From the NCBI GenBank assembly GCA_964590575.1, contig CAZPWM010000067.1:1-17338 (forward strand): a stretch of DNA of 17,338 nucleotides. Reading direction: 5' to 3'. This DNA comes from an uncultured archaeon. GTDB lineage: Archaea > Asgardarchaeota > Thorarchaeia > Thorarchaeales > Thorarchaeaceae. The translations under genes and the position numbers were made by a program. Under the pieces are notes generated by a model that saw only the letters and a list, made by a program, of their open reading frames with translations, searched no databases and had not been told where the DNA came from. Shown here piece by piece: positions 1 through 8,714 of the stretch (position 1 is the stretch's first letter; the number at the start of each line of letters is the position of its first letter).

Positions 1-542
1 ATGGTGATGACAAGCCATGACAGTGATCCAATGGGTTCCCACAATTGCAGACCAATCATCACGATATAGACGCCAAGAGTTGTCACAAGGGACACAACAA
101 ACCCGATTTTCATTCGACGAGTCCATCTAAGAGGCTCTCTGGATTGACTCTGCTGTAGCAGATGGTCAAGGCTTGATATTCTGCACACGGGATTTGTCTT
201 GACACAGATTTCTATAATTCTAGCACCCTCAACGAAGTCGTCATTCTCTAGGAGTTTTTTCAGGTCATCTACTGCCTGTTTTTCTGTGAGTTGACCTGCT
301 TGTAATGCCTCCGTGGAGTCGACAATGCATGACTCAAGCAGTGTTACGGACACGCCATATGGTCCTTCCATGAGATTAGAAGCATCAATGGAGTCCCACA
401 ATTCTTCTGAAATGCGCTTGTATTGGACTCCATCCCACGGTTGTTCAGCCCAGGCTGTTACCATCTCATACAGTGTTCTTGTTTTGAGATCTTCGTGAGT
501 TGATGAGGAATGAACTTCCAACCCTGTATCTATTCGATCCAT
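1..542 (-). CDS. Hypothetical membrane protein, 3'-truncated by the window edge
   Basis: Not in the ORF track; translated by hand from ATG at 542: MDRIDTGLEVHSSSTHEDLKTRTLYEMVTAWAEQPWDG...RWTRRMKIGFVVSLVTTLGVYIVMIGLQLWEPIGSLSWLVIT. It has 180 open codons to the edge and hydrophobic TM-like segments after a basic stretch. Its start overlaps the stop of the 530..1009 gene by 13 nt. Confidence 0.75.
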   Translation of the reverse strand, partial: MDRIDTGLEVHSSSTHEDLKTRTLYEMVTAWAEQPWDGVQYKRISEELWDSIDASNLMEGPYGVSVTLLESCIVDSTEALQAGQLTEKQAVDDLKKLLENDDFVEGARIIEICVKTNPVCRISSLDHLLQQSQSREPLRWTRRMKIGFVVSLVTTLGVYIVMIGLQLWEPIGSLSWLVIT

Positions 543-1009
543 TTCAGACGCCTCATTATTGCGATGAAGAGCTCCTCTGCTGCTTCTGTTGCTGGTATTC
601 CCCTCGGAAGTGGGAGCTTCCATTCTTGAGCAAGTGTGTGAATCGTCTTCTCGCATACTGACTGCTCACTGCAACTACTACAGTCTCCTCCATGACTGAA
701 CCATAGCTGAGTTCCCAGAGCAGGTGAGTATACAATATATGTCTCTGACTTGTTTGCAGAGCAGTGACCCACAGCAAAACCGTACCTTGGGCTGATGTGT
801 TGGACATTAATCCGATTTGTCGCTGCAGTGTGTAACAGGATTCTCTCTATCCTCACCTCAGCAATTCGTTGTGTCTTGCTAACTAAAGCGCGTGATACCT
901 TCAATTCTCGAGCGATTGCTGATGGAGGGATCTCCTGTCTTCTCTTCTGCCATATGAATTCCTGTCGCTTGGTTGGAAACTTGAAATGGATAGACTTCAT
1001 AGCAAGCAC
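530..1009 (-). CDS. Putative HTH transcriptional regulator with a Cys cluster (probable start ATG at 1000)
   Basis: N-terminal HTH-like segment PPSAIARELKVSRALVSKTQ and C-terminal HGGDCSSCSEQSVC (H, CxxC-x5-C; possible metal site). It is transcribed divergently from the ATPase operon. Confidence 0.7.
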   Translation of the reverse strand: MLAMKSIHFKFPTKRQEFIWQKRRQEIPPSAIARELKVSRALVSKTQRIAEVRIERILLHTAATNRINVQHISPRYGFAVGHCSANKSETYIVYSPALGTQLWFSHGGDCSSCSEQSVCEKTIHTLAQEWKLPLPRGIPATEAAEELFIAIMRRLKWIE

Positions 1010-1021
1010 TCACAATCTTGA

Positions 1022-1043
1022 TAGTTAACCAATTCTAGTTAAC
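1022..1043. promoter_or_regulatory. Tandem TAGTTAAC direct repeat (GTTAAC palindromic core), possible operator
   Basis: TAGTTAAC occurs at 1022-1029 and 1036-1043 (14-nt period), just upstream of the HTH gene in the AT-rich divergent intergenic region 1010-1366. Confidence 0.3.
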
Positions 1044-1366
1044 ATATAACATATTGTTCTTTTAACTTTTTTGTGAAAGCAATCAATGATTCCAGAGAAA
1101 AAATGAAGGATGAAATAATGTGCAAAGGAAATCGATCGCCTAATAATAACCAGTTTGATTAGATTAAATTGCAGATTTGGACTCTCACTCGTTCCAAAAA
1201 GCGATTATAGTCCTCTTCTAGATTGATACAACTAGTATAGGTCTAATAATCAACACGCTACTGTTTAGAGGTTTCAAAAATACCTGAAAGATACTATTGT
1301 TCCTTCAAAACTTGAGTCCATAAAACTATGAATAATTGATCATATTGAGCTTCAGGAGGTTCCTCT

Positions 1367-4300
1367 ATGTCGGATGAAGGGAATTCAGGATTTGGAATAC
1401 TTAGACTTACCAAGTTTCTTATTGCACTACTTGGAACGCTAATTCCCGTTTCTTGCACAGCATGGCTGCTCTTCATAATTCCCTTTGGTTCAGCACAATT
1501 CAAAGGTCAAGCTGTGATTCTTTCTGGTGTCTGTTTCTTTGCAGGATCTTGTGCACTCCTTTTTTCTAAACCTTCCAAAGAGAAGGGGCTTTTATGGTTG
1601 AGTGGTTTTCTTATCACAATTGGAGCAATACTTCTCACTGGTATCCAAGTCATGTACACTTTGGCTCTTGAGTTTCCAGTTGAAACTCTAGCAATCATTG
1701 GTCTTCCAACCACACTTCTGATGATATGGAATCTTCAAAGGAAGTCAGTTGCTGATGAGAATACTCCTGCACAACAAGATACGTTTGGAATCTCTCTTTC
1801 TCGAATGGTCATTAAGAGAGACGTCGTGATTGCAGCTGTTGAACTAACAGAGTTTCCTGAAGAACACTTTCAAAACAAAGACCCTGACCCTTCCAAATAT
1901 CAATCCTTCTTCAACATCCTAAGAGTCATGGTTCTATCTAGTTTTCCGATAGCACTTAGATATGAACGTGTCAGGAAAAAGATGCGAGTGTTATACCTGA
2001 CCTGGGCGCAGAATGATGTCGCGCTCTCTGAATATCTTGAGACCCTCGCAGACACGGTTAAAGGAAACCTCACAGGGTTCAAACAAAAGGTCCACAATCG
2101 GTTTCATGGACCCACCATCAACCCCTTGGCAACTCCGGTGACAACATACCTTCTCGGTGAACCACTCAGTGTGGATGACCCCCGTCAGAGAATAGATGCT
2201 ATCTCTGTCATGGCTGAAGTCCTTCTTGGTTTGCCTGACGGGATTTTTCAGGTGACAGTTATTCCAAGACGGACTAGTAATCGCACCGTGAAATCTCTGG
2301 AACAGCAATACATGGCTGAGAGTGAGAGAGTTCAGTCAACAATAATAAAACCTCGATCTACTCTCCTCTCGGGTGAAATACAAGAGTCTAAGACCAGTAC
2401 AGACATGGGAGCTATCAAGAAAGCCAAGTCGCTGGAGATGCAGATAGAAAGACTGAGTAACAGTCATCTGTGCGAAGTTGAGGTGTCTGCTACATGCTGG
2501 GACCGAGAACCAAAGATTGCTGAGAAACTGTCAAGGAAACTTGCAGGAGTACTTCGGGGTACACTCATTCCTGCAGATCCACAAAATCATCTCTCTATAG
2601 AAACCCAAAAGAACATACATGAAGCTAAGAAGCTGATTGAGGGTGAAACCATCGGGAAGACGACTCTCTTATCCATTGAGGAGGCCAGTGTCTACTTCTC
2701 CCTTGCGCGAAACGACCTAGGCATCTCGGTTGCGGATTATGCATCATTTCGTACCAATCCAACAGACCGACGTAGCATCGAGAACAAGCACAAAGATGAG
2801 GATTCAACTGAAGGGATCAGACTTGGAAAGGTCCTTGATGACTCTGGAACTCCCATTGCTGATTTTGTAATCCCAACTATCGATCTGGCATCGCATAGTG
2901 TGATGGGCGGTGACACAGGCAATGGAAAGTCTGTGACCGAGTCGAACATCACGTTAGAATTACATCGGTTAGGAATCAACTTCACGAAGCTGTTGCTCTC
3001 AAAGAATGAGGACCATCTTCGGTTTCTGCGGAAAGTGAAGAGTATCCTTGTTCTCACTCCAGGCGATGAAACTGTCACTCCTGTCAGATTCTCATTCAGC
3101 GATTTCTGTGAGGGTATGCATGTGAACCATATCATCAATGACACAAAAGCAATCATCATTGCTGCAATGCCTGCTTATGGTATCATCAAGGAGTACATGG
3201 AGAGGGTCATCGAACTCACCTTCGAGAGACTAGGCTGGGACCGTGAGTCCAACATCCCAGGATTGTCCATTGTGCTCTCGGACTTTCTTGAGACCCTGCC
3301 GCTCATCAAGGAGGAGGTCCAGTACAGCACCCGTGGCAACGAAGATGTGTGGGGTGCGCTCTATATCAGGTTCAACAAGCTATGTAGCGGTGTTCTCAAC
3401 AGCGTCTTTGGAACGACCTCAGGAATCACCATGAGAGAACTGACCAAAAAGCCCAGTCTTATTCTGCTATACGCACTATCCAAAGATGAGCAGTCATTCT
3501 TTGTCTTCTGGTTCGTGTCAAGAGTAGCTCGCTACTTTGAGGCAATGAAGAAGATTGAGATGAAGCACAAGAAGGGTCTGAAGTATAACGTGGTCATCGA
3601 GGAGTCCCACAGGATTCTCAAGCTCGAGACCGGTGTCAAGATGGATGAGGAGCACGGTGCGAAACAGGCAGCTGTTGACACGATCACCACCACCATGAAG
3701 GAGTCGAGAAGTTCAGGGGTAGGCTTCACACTCATCGCACCAGGTTTCTCAGAACTCACAAGCAGCGCATATATGATGGCGCTGAACATATTCATGCATG
3801 GGCGAGGCGCAGGAACAGATCGCAGGCTCATCGGTGATCAGATGAACTGTACCGAGGACCAGATTCGAATGATGGGGTCCTTGCCAATTGGCGAGGCTGT
3901 GATCCGTACAGCTAGTATCAGCAGACCAGTGAGGGTGCGGGTCAACGACATTGTCGCACTGTATCCAGAACTGGCTCCTGGGAAACCGGTGACTGATGCT
4001 GAGATCATAGAGCACATGAGACCGGTCTTCGACCAGAGTCCGCATTTCCAGACCAAGTCAAAGTATGCACTGAACTCATTGAGACCAAACGAACTATCTC
4101 TTCAGCTAGCAACAAACAAGATAGACATTACCAGCGCGCTCAGACTCTATGCAATGTTCGATAGTGAGTTGTTCGGGAGAGTCTTGAAAACGCTCTTCGA
4201 GGTCAAGAACCCTCGACTCGGAGCTCTTATCCTACGTAACATTGCGAGGCTTGCAGGACCAGATGATGCTCCTTTGCCATTCTATGCTCATCATCTGGTC

Positions 4301-4870
4301 TGGCGTATCTCAAACCTGGAAGGGTCCAGTATACCACTTCTCGTTGAGATAGCCGAAGAGCTGAGTCATCTTCTGCCGATCAGCGAACTGCCAGCAGATC
4401 ATCTCGGACGGTATCACACAAGACTCAGTCTTGAACTTCAGAAGAGGCTTACCACATTCAAGATTGACACAAAGAAAACCGCATCTGACGTGAAGTCAGC
4501 TGTGAAACTGGCACTTGACGAGAACAAAAGATTCCTGGATTCCAGTGCATCACACGATCAGATAGTAGAGCCTGATGAAGTACTTAAGAAGAAGGTGGGC
4601 GCCATGGTTCGTACTGACCAGTTTGTCAGTAGATACCTGTCATTGTTTCAGATGGCTGCTGAGGGCAACTATGAACCACTAGTACAGCTGATACTAACGT
4701 TTGCCAGACGACTTGATTCACATACTTCTGATACCACTGAGGCAGCCACTCTCCTACTGCATGAGGCAAGAGCAGCTCTGACCTCTCCAGACAATGATGC
4801 ACTGTGGGCCGCAGTGTATGATATGGTCAGGTCTGAAATCAACGACTCGGGGTCTGAAGTTGCCGCATGA
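1367..4870 (+). CDS. Membrane-anchored HerA/FtsK/VirB4-superfamily P-loop ATPase (DUF87-like)
   Basis: About four hydrophobic segments in the first 120 aa; IRLGKV...DLASHSVMG leading into Walker A GDTGNGKS (2909-2932); LGWD helical insert; Walker B VVIEESH (3590-3610); arginine-finger ESRSSG (3701-3718); C-terminal SLPIGEAVI...RPVRVRV typical of HerA-like ATPases. A GGAGG motif precedes the ATG. Confidence 0.85.
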   Translation: MSDEGNSGFGILRLTKFLIALLGTLIPVSCTAWLLFIIPFGSAQFKGQAVILSGVCFFAGSCALLFSKPSKEKGLLWLSGFLITIGAILLTGIQVMYTLALEFPVETLAIIGLPTTLLMIWNLQRKSVADENTPAQQDTFGISLSRMVIKRDVVIAAVELTEFPEEHFQNKDPDPSKYQSFFNILRVMVLSSFPIALRYERVRKKMRVLYLTWAQNDVALSEYLETLADTVKGNLTGFKQKVHNRFHGPTINPLATPVTTYLLGEPLSVDDPRQRIDAISVMAEVLLGLPDGIFQVTVIPRRTSNRTVKSLEQQYMAESERVQSTIIKPRSTLLSGEIQESKTSTDMGAIKKAKSLEMQIERLSNSHLCEVEVSATCWDREPKIAEKLSRKLAGVLRGTLIPADPQNHLSIETQKNIHEAKKLIEGETIGKTTLLSIEEASVYFSLARNDLGISVADYASFRTNPTDRRSIENKHKDEDSTEGIRLGKVLDDSGTPIADFVIPTIDLASHSVMGGDTGNGKSVTESNITLELHRLGINFTKLLLSKNEDHLRFLRKVKSILVLTPGDETVTPVRFSFSDFCEGMHVNHIINDTKAIIIAAMPAYGIIKEYMERVIELTFERLGWDRESNIPGLSIVLSDFLETLPLIKEEVQYSTRGNEDVWGALYIRFNKLCSGVLNSVFGTTSGITMRELTKKPSLILLYALSKDEQSFFVFWFVSRVARYFEAMKKIEMKHKKGLKYNVVIEESHRILKLETGVKMDEEHGAKQAAVDTITTTMKESRSSGVGFTLIAPGFSELTSSAYMMALNIFMHGRGAGTDRRLIGDQMNCTEDQIRMMGSLPIGEAVIRTASISRPVRVRVNDIVALYPELAPGKPVTDAEIIEHMRPVFDQSPHFQTKSKYALNSLRPNELSLQLATNKIDITSALRLYAMFDSELFGRVLKTLFEVKNPRLGALILRNIARLAGPDDAPLPFYAHHLVWRISNLEGSSIPLLVEIAEELSHLLPISELPADHLGRYHTRLSLELQKRLTTFKIDTKKTASDVKSAVKLALDENKRFLDSSASHDQIVEPDEVLKKKVGAMVRTDQFVSRYLSLFQMAAEGNYEPLVQLILTFARRLDSHTSDTTEAATLLLHEARAALTSPDNDALWAAVYDMVRSEINDSGSEVAA

Positions 4871-7800
4871 TTCGTCAGATAATACAGAGCGCCACCCAGA
4901 GAGAGAGTATGATGAGACCCCCAACGAGTCAGAAGGTAGGGAGATTCCTGATGAGATCGAGAAGGCTGCTCAGGATGCCGCAGAAGACTTTGATCGTCAG
5001 CAGGAGATTGAGCAGTCAGCCATTGAGGCTGCTAAGGAGTTCGATGAGTACGACTCACTGCGCAAAGAGATCGAAGACCTTGCTGAGGCGGCCGCAAAAG
5101 AGTTCGATGAACTTCAGCGGGAGAAAGATGAGGTCGCAAAGGAAACCTTTGAGGATGACCTAGAGAATGACCTTGACGAGGTCCGGGATGAACTCCATAA
5201 TGAATATGTCAATGACATGAACCACCAGCTGGAGGGAGTCTCGAGGAAAGACTGTGATGCAGAAGAAGAGAGTGATGAGAGAGCTTCCTCAGAGGCAACG
5301 GAAAGCAGTGAGTCATACGAGGTTACAGATACGGGAATGGTCTATGCAACGGAGGTCAGGAGTGAAACTGAGGGAAAGGCTCAATCTGAGATTGAATCTG
5401 AGAACGAGGCACAGGAACAGACTGAGTCCAGTGAGCCCGTTGATGATGCTGAGGGATTGCCTGATGACCAATTCAGGAACAGAGTCACAAAACAGGAATC
5501 AGAGTATGAACCAGTTGAAACATCACCCTCTGGCTCTCTAGAAGACACGGAGACACAGCGAATCCAGCAACCCGAGTCCAACGAGATGCCAGAGACGCCT
5601 GAGTATGAGACCTCCATCGAGGAAAATGAACATCGCGACCACTCTGAGGTCAAGGAAGAGGAATCCACCGGGTCAACGATTGAAGGTGATGTGGATTCAG
5701 TTGAGGAACCAGAGGTTGAGGCTGAGGTTGAGGACACACTGGAGGTGGAGGAGTCCTCTGAAGATTCGAACGAGATCCCTGAACCTGAGATGGATGGGAG
5801 TGTGTCCGTAACCTCTGAGGTTGAATCATCTGAGACTATGGAGCAGGAAGAGCCCTCTCACAGAGAAGAGGATACGCTTGAGGGTGAATTGGAGGCTGAT
5901 ATTCCGGAGGAGTTCATCGAACGAGTAGAGGAGCTAGTAGAGCAACTCGAGGAGTTGGAAGCTGAGTCTGAGGAACGAGTCATTGTCGAGGCTCTGACTG
6001 GAGAACCTGTGGTCGACAGGACCCTTGAGACACGGTCATTCTTTGGGGAGGATGACGAGGTTGCTGAGGAAGAGGAGGTCCGGAGACGACTGCGTGACCT
6101 CTTCGGCGAGCTCTCGGAGGAGGAGCGTGAGCGGTTCAAGGAGATAGTGCGGTCGCGGTTGAAGTCAGAGGAGGACCTTGAGGAATTCATCCAGCACCAT
6201 CCCTCGATTACACTCAGTTCTGACTTCATGCAAAAATTGAAGGATGCTCGTGCTTATGTAAAGGGTAAGAGGTCTGGCCTAGTCCCCAAGCTCATTCGAG
6301 AGTTATGGGTACTTGAAATTCAACGGGAATGGACCAATGTTGTGGGCGAAGCTGTCAGAAAATCAATTGAACGAAGTCTTGATGCAGCACGAAAAGTAGA
6401 ATCGGTCACGCCCAAACATGCGCGGAAGAAGAAGCGGAAGACGGGCTATCATAAGAAGACGGAGCACTTGATTAAACTCCATAGACCGATGACTGGAAAG
6501 AGGCCCGTCGGGTCGTTCGAGAGATACCGGGAGTGGTTGGAACAGAACTATCCTGCTGTCTGTGAACGGTTAGACTATCCTGAACTATTAGACTCGGTGC
6601 GGAAGTTCTTCGAACTGAGGAAAGCTCTTCGACGTCGTAAAACCATCAAGCATCATGAGCTTGAGGACCTTGCACGTGAACTTGAGATTGCACCTGATAC
6701 AGCAATAGGATGGTTTCTCCATGGTAAGTCTCCACATCTCTTTCAGATCGTGGACTCGGCTCTCTCGATGCGGGATGGGATGCGACTCAAGGCTGCGTTG
6801 CTCAAGAAGCTTGATGGTATTGAGGGGTGGTCAGAGCTAGAACGTCGGTTGAAGCAGGTGTACCCCGGGGAGGCTTACAAGAAGATTGCCAATTACAAGG
6901 ACAAAAAGAGTCGAACCAAGGAGTTCTTCGTCTTTCTGGACTATCTGGAGCGGGGTGGGACCAAGAAGGGCATCGCCAAGTTGTCCGGCATCTCGCAGCG
7001 TCGGGTTCGGGCTTTCTTCGATGGTGAGTTGCCGTGGCTGCTGCGGCATGTGCTGGCGAAGGAGGGACGACTCGCGCCCTCAAAGCGGTACAGCCGTCAT
7101 CTCTCATCTACCCATAGGGTCAAGTTTCGCTCCATCACGGTGCGAGGCAAGGAGATTGGGTCCTACGCGGAGTTCAAGAGGCTGGTGGACCGAGACTTTC
7201 CGTGGCTCAAGGAACGATCGGACTACGCTCGACTCCTTCATGTTGTCAGGGTCTACTTCTTGGCGCGACGCAGGTTTGAGGGGATGAAGTATGCCATCCG
7301 CAATGAGATCGTTGAGTTTGCTGAGAAGCATGACGTTTCATACCAGACGGTCACTGAGTGGCTCGTTGGCAGGTCGTTGCCGATGGTCATCGGGATGCTT
7401 GAGCAGGCACTGTCGGTCACTGAAGCAAAAAAGGAACTAAAGGTGATACTCAAGAAGCTCACTGGAGTGGTTTCGCTCTCGGAGTATCATAAACGTATGA
7501 AAACTCTCTATCAACTAGAGGAATTGAAGGTCCTTCCAAACTACAAAAAGGACTACGAACTTGTCAAGGAGTTCTATCGATTTCTCAGAGCACTTGAGAA
7601 AGGGGGTCTCTATACCGATATTATCAAGCGTGGAAACTTAAGTATGGGATCAACAAAGCGTAGGCGTTTGGATTTTGGATTACCACGTTTGGTCCGTATT
7701 GCCGCATCTATACCATCTCTTCCCCCAAAGAAAGATTGTAAATGGCTTCCTTTGAATGTGACTAAGAAACAAGAGCCGGTTGATTTCATCGAGGCACCCA

Positions 7801-8666
7801 CTAGGATAAGCCATCAAACTGACTTGGAGGGTTTCTTGAGAGGGCTAGTGAGTAAGCAGCGAGAGCTTACTAAGGAAGAATCCGAAACCAATCAGCTAGT
7901 CAATGAATTCATGTATTTGCTCGGACTAATTGCTTCAGATGGGAGTTTTGGAAAAAAGGACGGTTTCTCAAGTCAGGCGCAATTGAAACTTAGTAAGAAA
8001 TATGCTTGGAGCATAAGAGTTGGAACTGCTTTCAGTCAGGCACTCGAACGGTTGGGTATCAAAGTAACACGTGGCAAGGATAGAGAAACACGGACCAAGA
8101 AAGGTACACTTGTAAGACTAATGACTTGGCAAAGTCAAAACAAACCATTATTCCACTGGATGCGTCGCACACTTTTTGGTTTGAAGAGTGGACCTAAGAG
8201 AAGACTAAGAATCGATTGGATTCTATCTCTGTCAATCCGAGAAAGAATTGCTTTCATTCAAGGAATCGCTGATGGTGATGGGCATGCATCTGTGAGGGGT
8301 CTTATAGCTGGCATCGCCACTAAATATAACAAAGAATCACTTAGCAGGATTCTTGCATCACTTGGAATCGAGTCAGCTAATAACTCCAATGGACTAGAGA
8401 TTCGAAAAAAGAAATTTCTGAAAATAGCTTCAGACCTTCCAATGTTCAGACATGCTGATAGTCGTCTCTTTAGGCTTAGAGAAATCTGTGCAATGATTGC
8501 TGCAATGAAACATGCAAAAGTAAGTGATGAAGAACGACAAAAAATACTTGAGTATCATCGACGAGGCTTCAATCCTACTCAGATTGTACCATTACTCTGG
8601 TCCGAATATGGGACTGCCCGTCGTTCTGGCACTATAGAGAAGGCTATCAGCGATGCTGATTTGTAG
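4860..8666 (+). CDS. Giant multidomain protein: acidic N-terminus, tandem HTH-like repeats, double-motif LAGLIDADG endonuclease and C-terminal HTH-like tail
   Basis: The ORF is open 4794-8666; the probable start is TTG at 4860, overlapping the ATPase stop. LAGLIDADG motifs LLGLIASDG (7917-7943) and IQGIADGDG (8256-8282) are 113 codons apart and both retain the catalytic Asp. The first ~420 aa are strongly E/D-rich. No HINT/intein termini are visible. Confidence 0.85.
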   Translation: MPHDSSDNTERHPEREYDETPNESEGREIPDEIEKAAQDAAEDFDRQQEIEQSAIEAAKEFDEYDSLRKEIEDLAEAAAKEFDELQREKDEVAKETFEDDLENDLDEVRDELHNEYVNDMNHQLEGVSRKDCDAEEESDERASSEATESSESYEVTDTGMVYATEVRSETEGKAQSEIESENEAQEQTESSEPVDDAEGLPDDQFRNRVTKQESEYEPVETSPSGSLEDTETQRIQQPESNEMPETPEYETSIEENEHRDHSEVKEEESTGSTIEGDVDSVEEPEVEAEVEDTLEVEESSEDSNEIPEPEMDGSVSVTSEVESSETMEQEEPSHREEDTLEGELEADIPEEFIERVEELVEQLEELEAESEERVIVEALTGEPVVDRTLETRSFFGEDDEVAEEEEVRRRLRDLFGELSEEERERFKEIVRSRLKSEEDLEEFIQHHPSITLSSDFMQKLKDARAYVKGKRSGLVPKLIRELWVLEIQREWTNVVGEAVRKSIERSLDAARKVESVTPKHARKKKRKTGYHKKTEHLIKLHRPMTGKRPVGSFERYREWLEQNYPAVCERLDYPELLDSVRKFFELRKALRRRKTIKHHELEDLARELEIAPDTAIGWFLHGKSPHLFQIVDSALSMRDGMRLKAALLKKLDGIEGWSELERRLKQVYPGEAYKKIANYKDKKSRTKEFFVFLDYLERGGTKKGIAKLSGISQRRVRAFFDGELPWLLRHVLAKEGRLAPSKRYSRHLSSTHRVKFRSITVRGKEIGSYAEFKRLVDRDFPWLKERSDYARLLHVVRVYFLARRRFEGMKYAIRNEIVEFAEKHDVSYQTVTEWLVGRSLPMVIGMLEQALSVTEAKKELKVILKKLTGVVSLSEYHKRMKTLYQLEELKVLPNYKKDYELVKEFYRFLRALEKGGLYTDIIKRGNLSMGSTKRRRLDFGLPRLVRIAASIPSLPPKKDCKWLPLNVTKKQEPVDFIEAPTRISHQTDLEGFLRGLVSKQRELTKEESETNQLVNEFMYLLGLIASDGSFGKKDGFSSQAQLKLSKKYAWSIRVGTAFSQALERLGIKVTRGKDRETRTKKGTLVRLMTWQSQNKPLFHWMRRTLFGLKSGPKRRLRIDWILSLSIRERIAFIQGIADGDGHASVRGLIAGIATKYNKESLSRILASLGIESANNSNGLEIRKKKFLKIASDLPMFRHADSRLFRLREICAMIAAMKHAKVSDEERQKILEYHRRGFNPTQIVPLLWSEYGTARRSGTIEKAISDADL
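4953..5111 (+). repeat. Three tandem peptide repeats EIExxAxxAAx(E/D)FD
   Basis: EIEKAAQDAAEDFD (4953), EIEQSAIEAAKEFDE (5004) and EIEDLAEAAAKEFDE (5067). Confidence 0.7.
6507..7703 (+). repeat. Internal ~216-aa tandem duplication, each half made of two ~100-aa HTH-containing units
   Basis: VGSFERYREWLEQNYP...DYPELL...ALS...LKKLDG...NYK...KEFFVFL...LERGG...LPWL aligns with IGSYAEFKRLVDRDFP...DYARLL...ALS...LKKLTG...NYKK...KEFYRFL...LEKGG...LPRL. The period is 648-651 nt. Confidence 0.8.
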
Positions 8667-8714
8667 GGTGCAATTTCCTCCTTTGGAAGAACTATCAGAA
8701 CATTCAAAACAGTG

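Noticed and set aside
4794-4859. ORF-track N-terminal extension (MMHCGPQC...) of the 1290-aa protein
   Set aside because: It overlaps the ATPase by 77 nt and differs in composition. TTG 4860, next to the ATPase stop, is the more plausible start.
1294-7801. Many short antisense or alternate-frame ORFs within the two large genes (e.g. Ser-rich 5381..5737 and 5858..6229)
   Set aside because: These are shadow ORFs produced by Glu-rich or GC-rich coding sequence on the main frame.
7900-8666. LAGLIDADG domain as part of an intein or intron
   Set aside because: No recognisable intein N-terminal block or terminal HN-C/S/T motif, no interrupted host protein and no flanking RNA gene.
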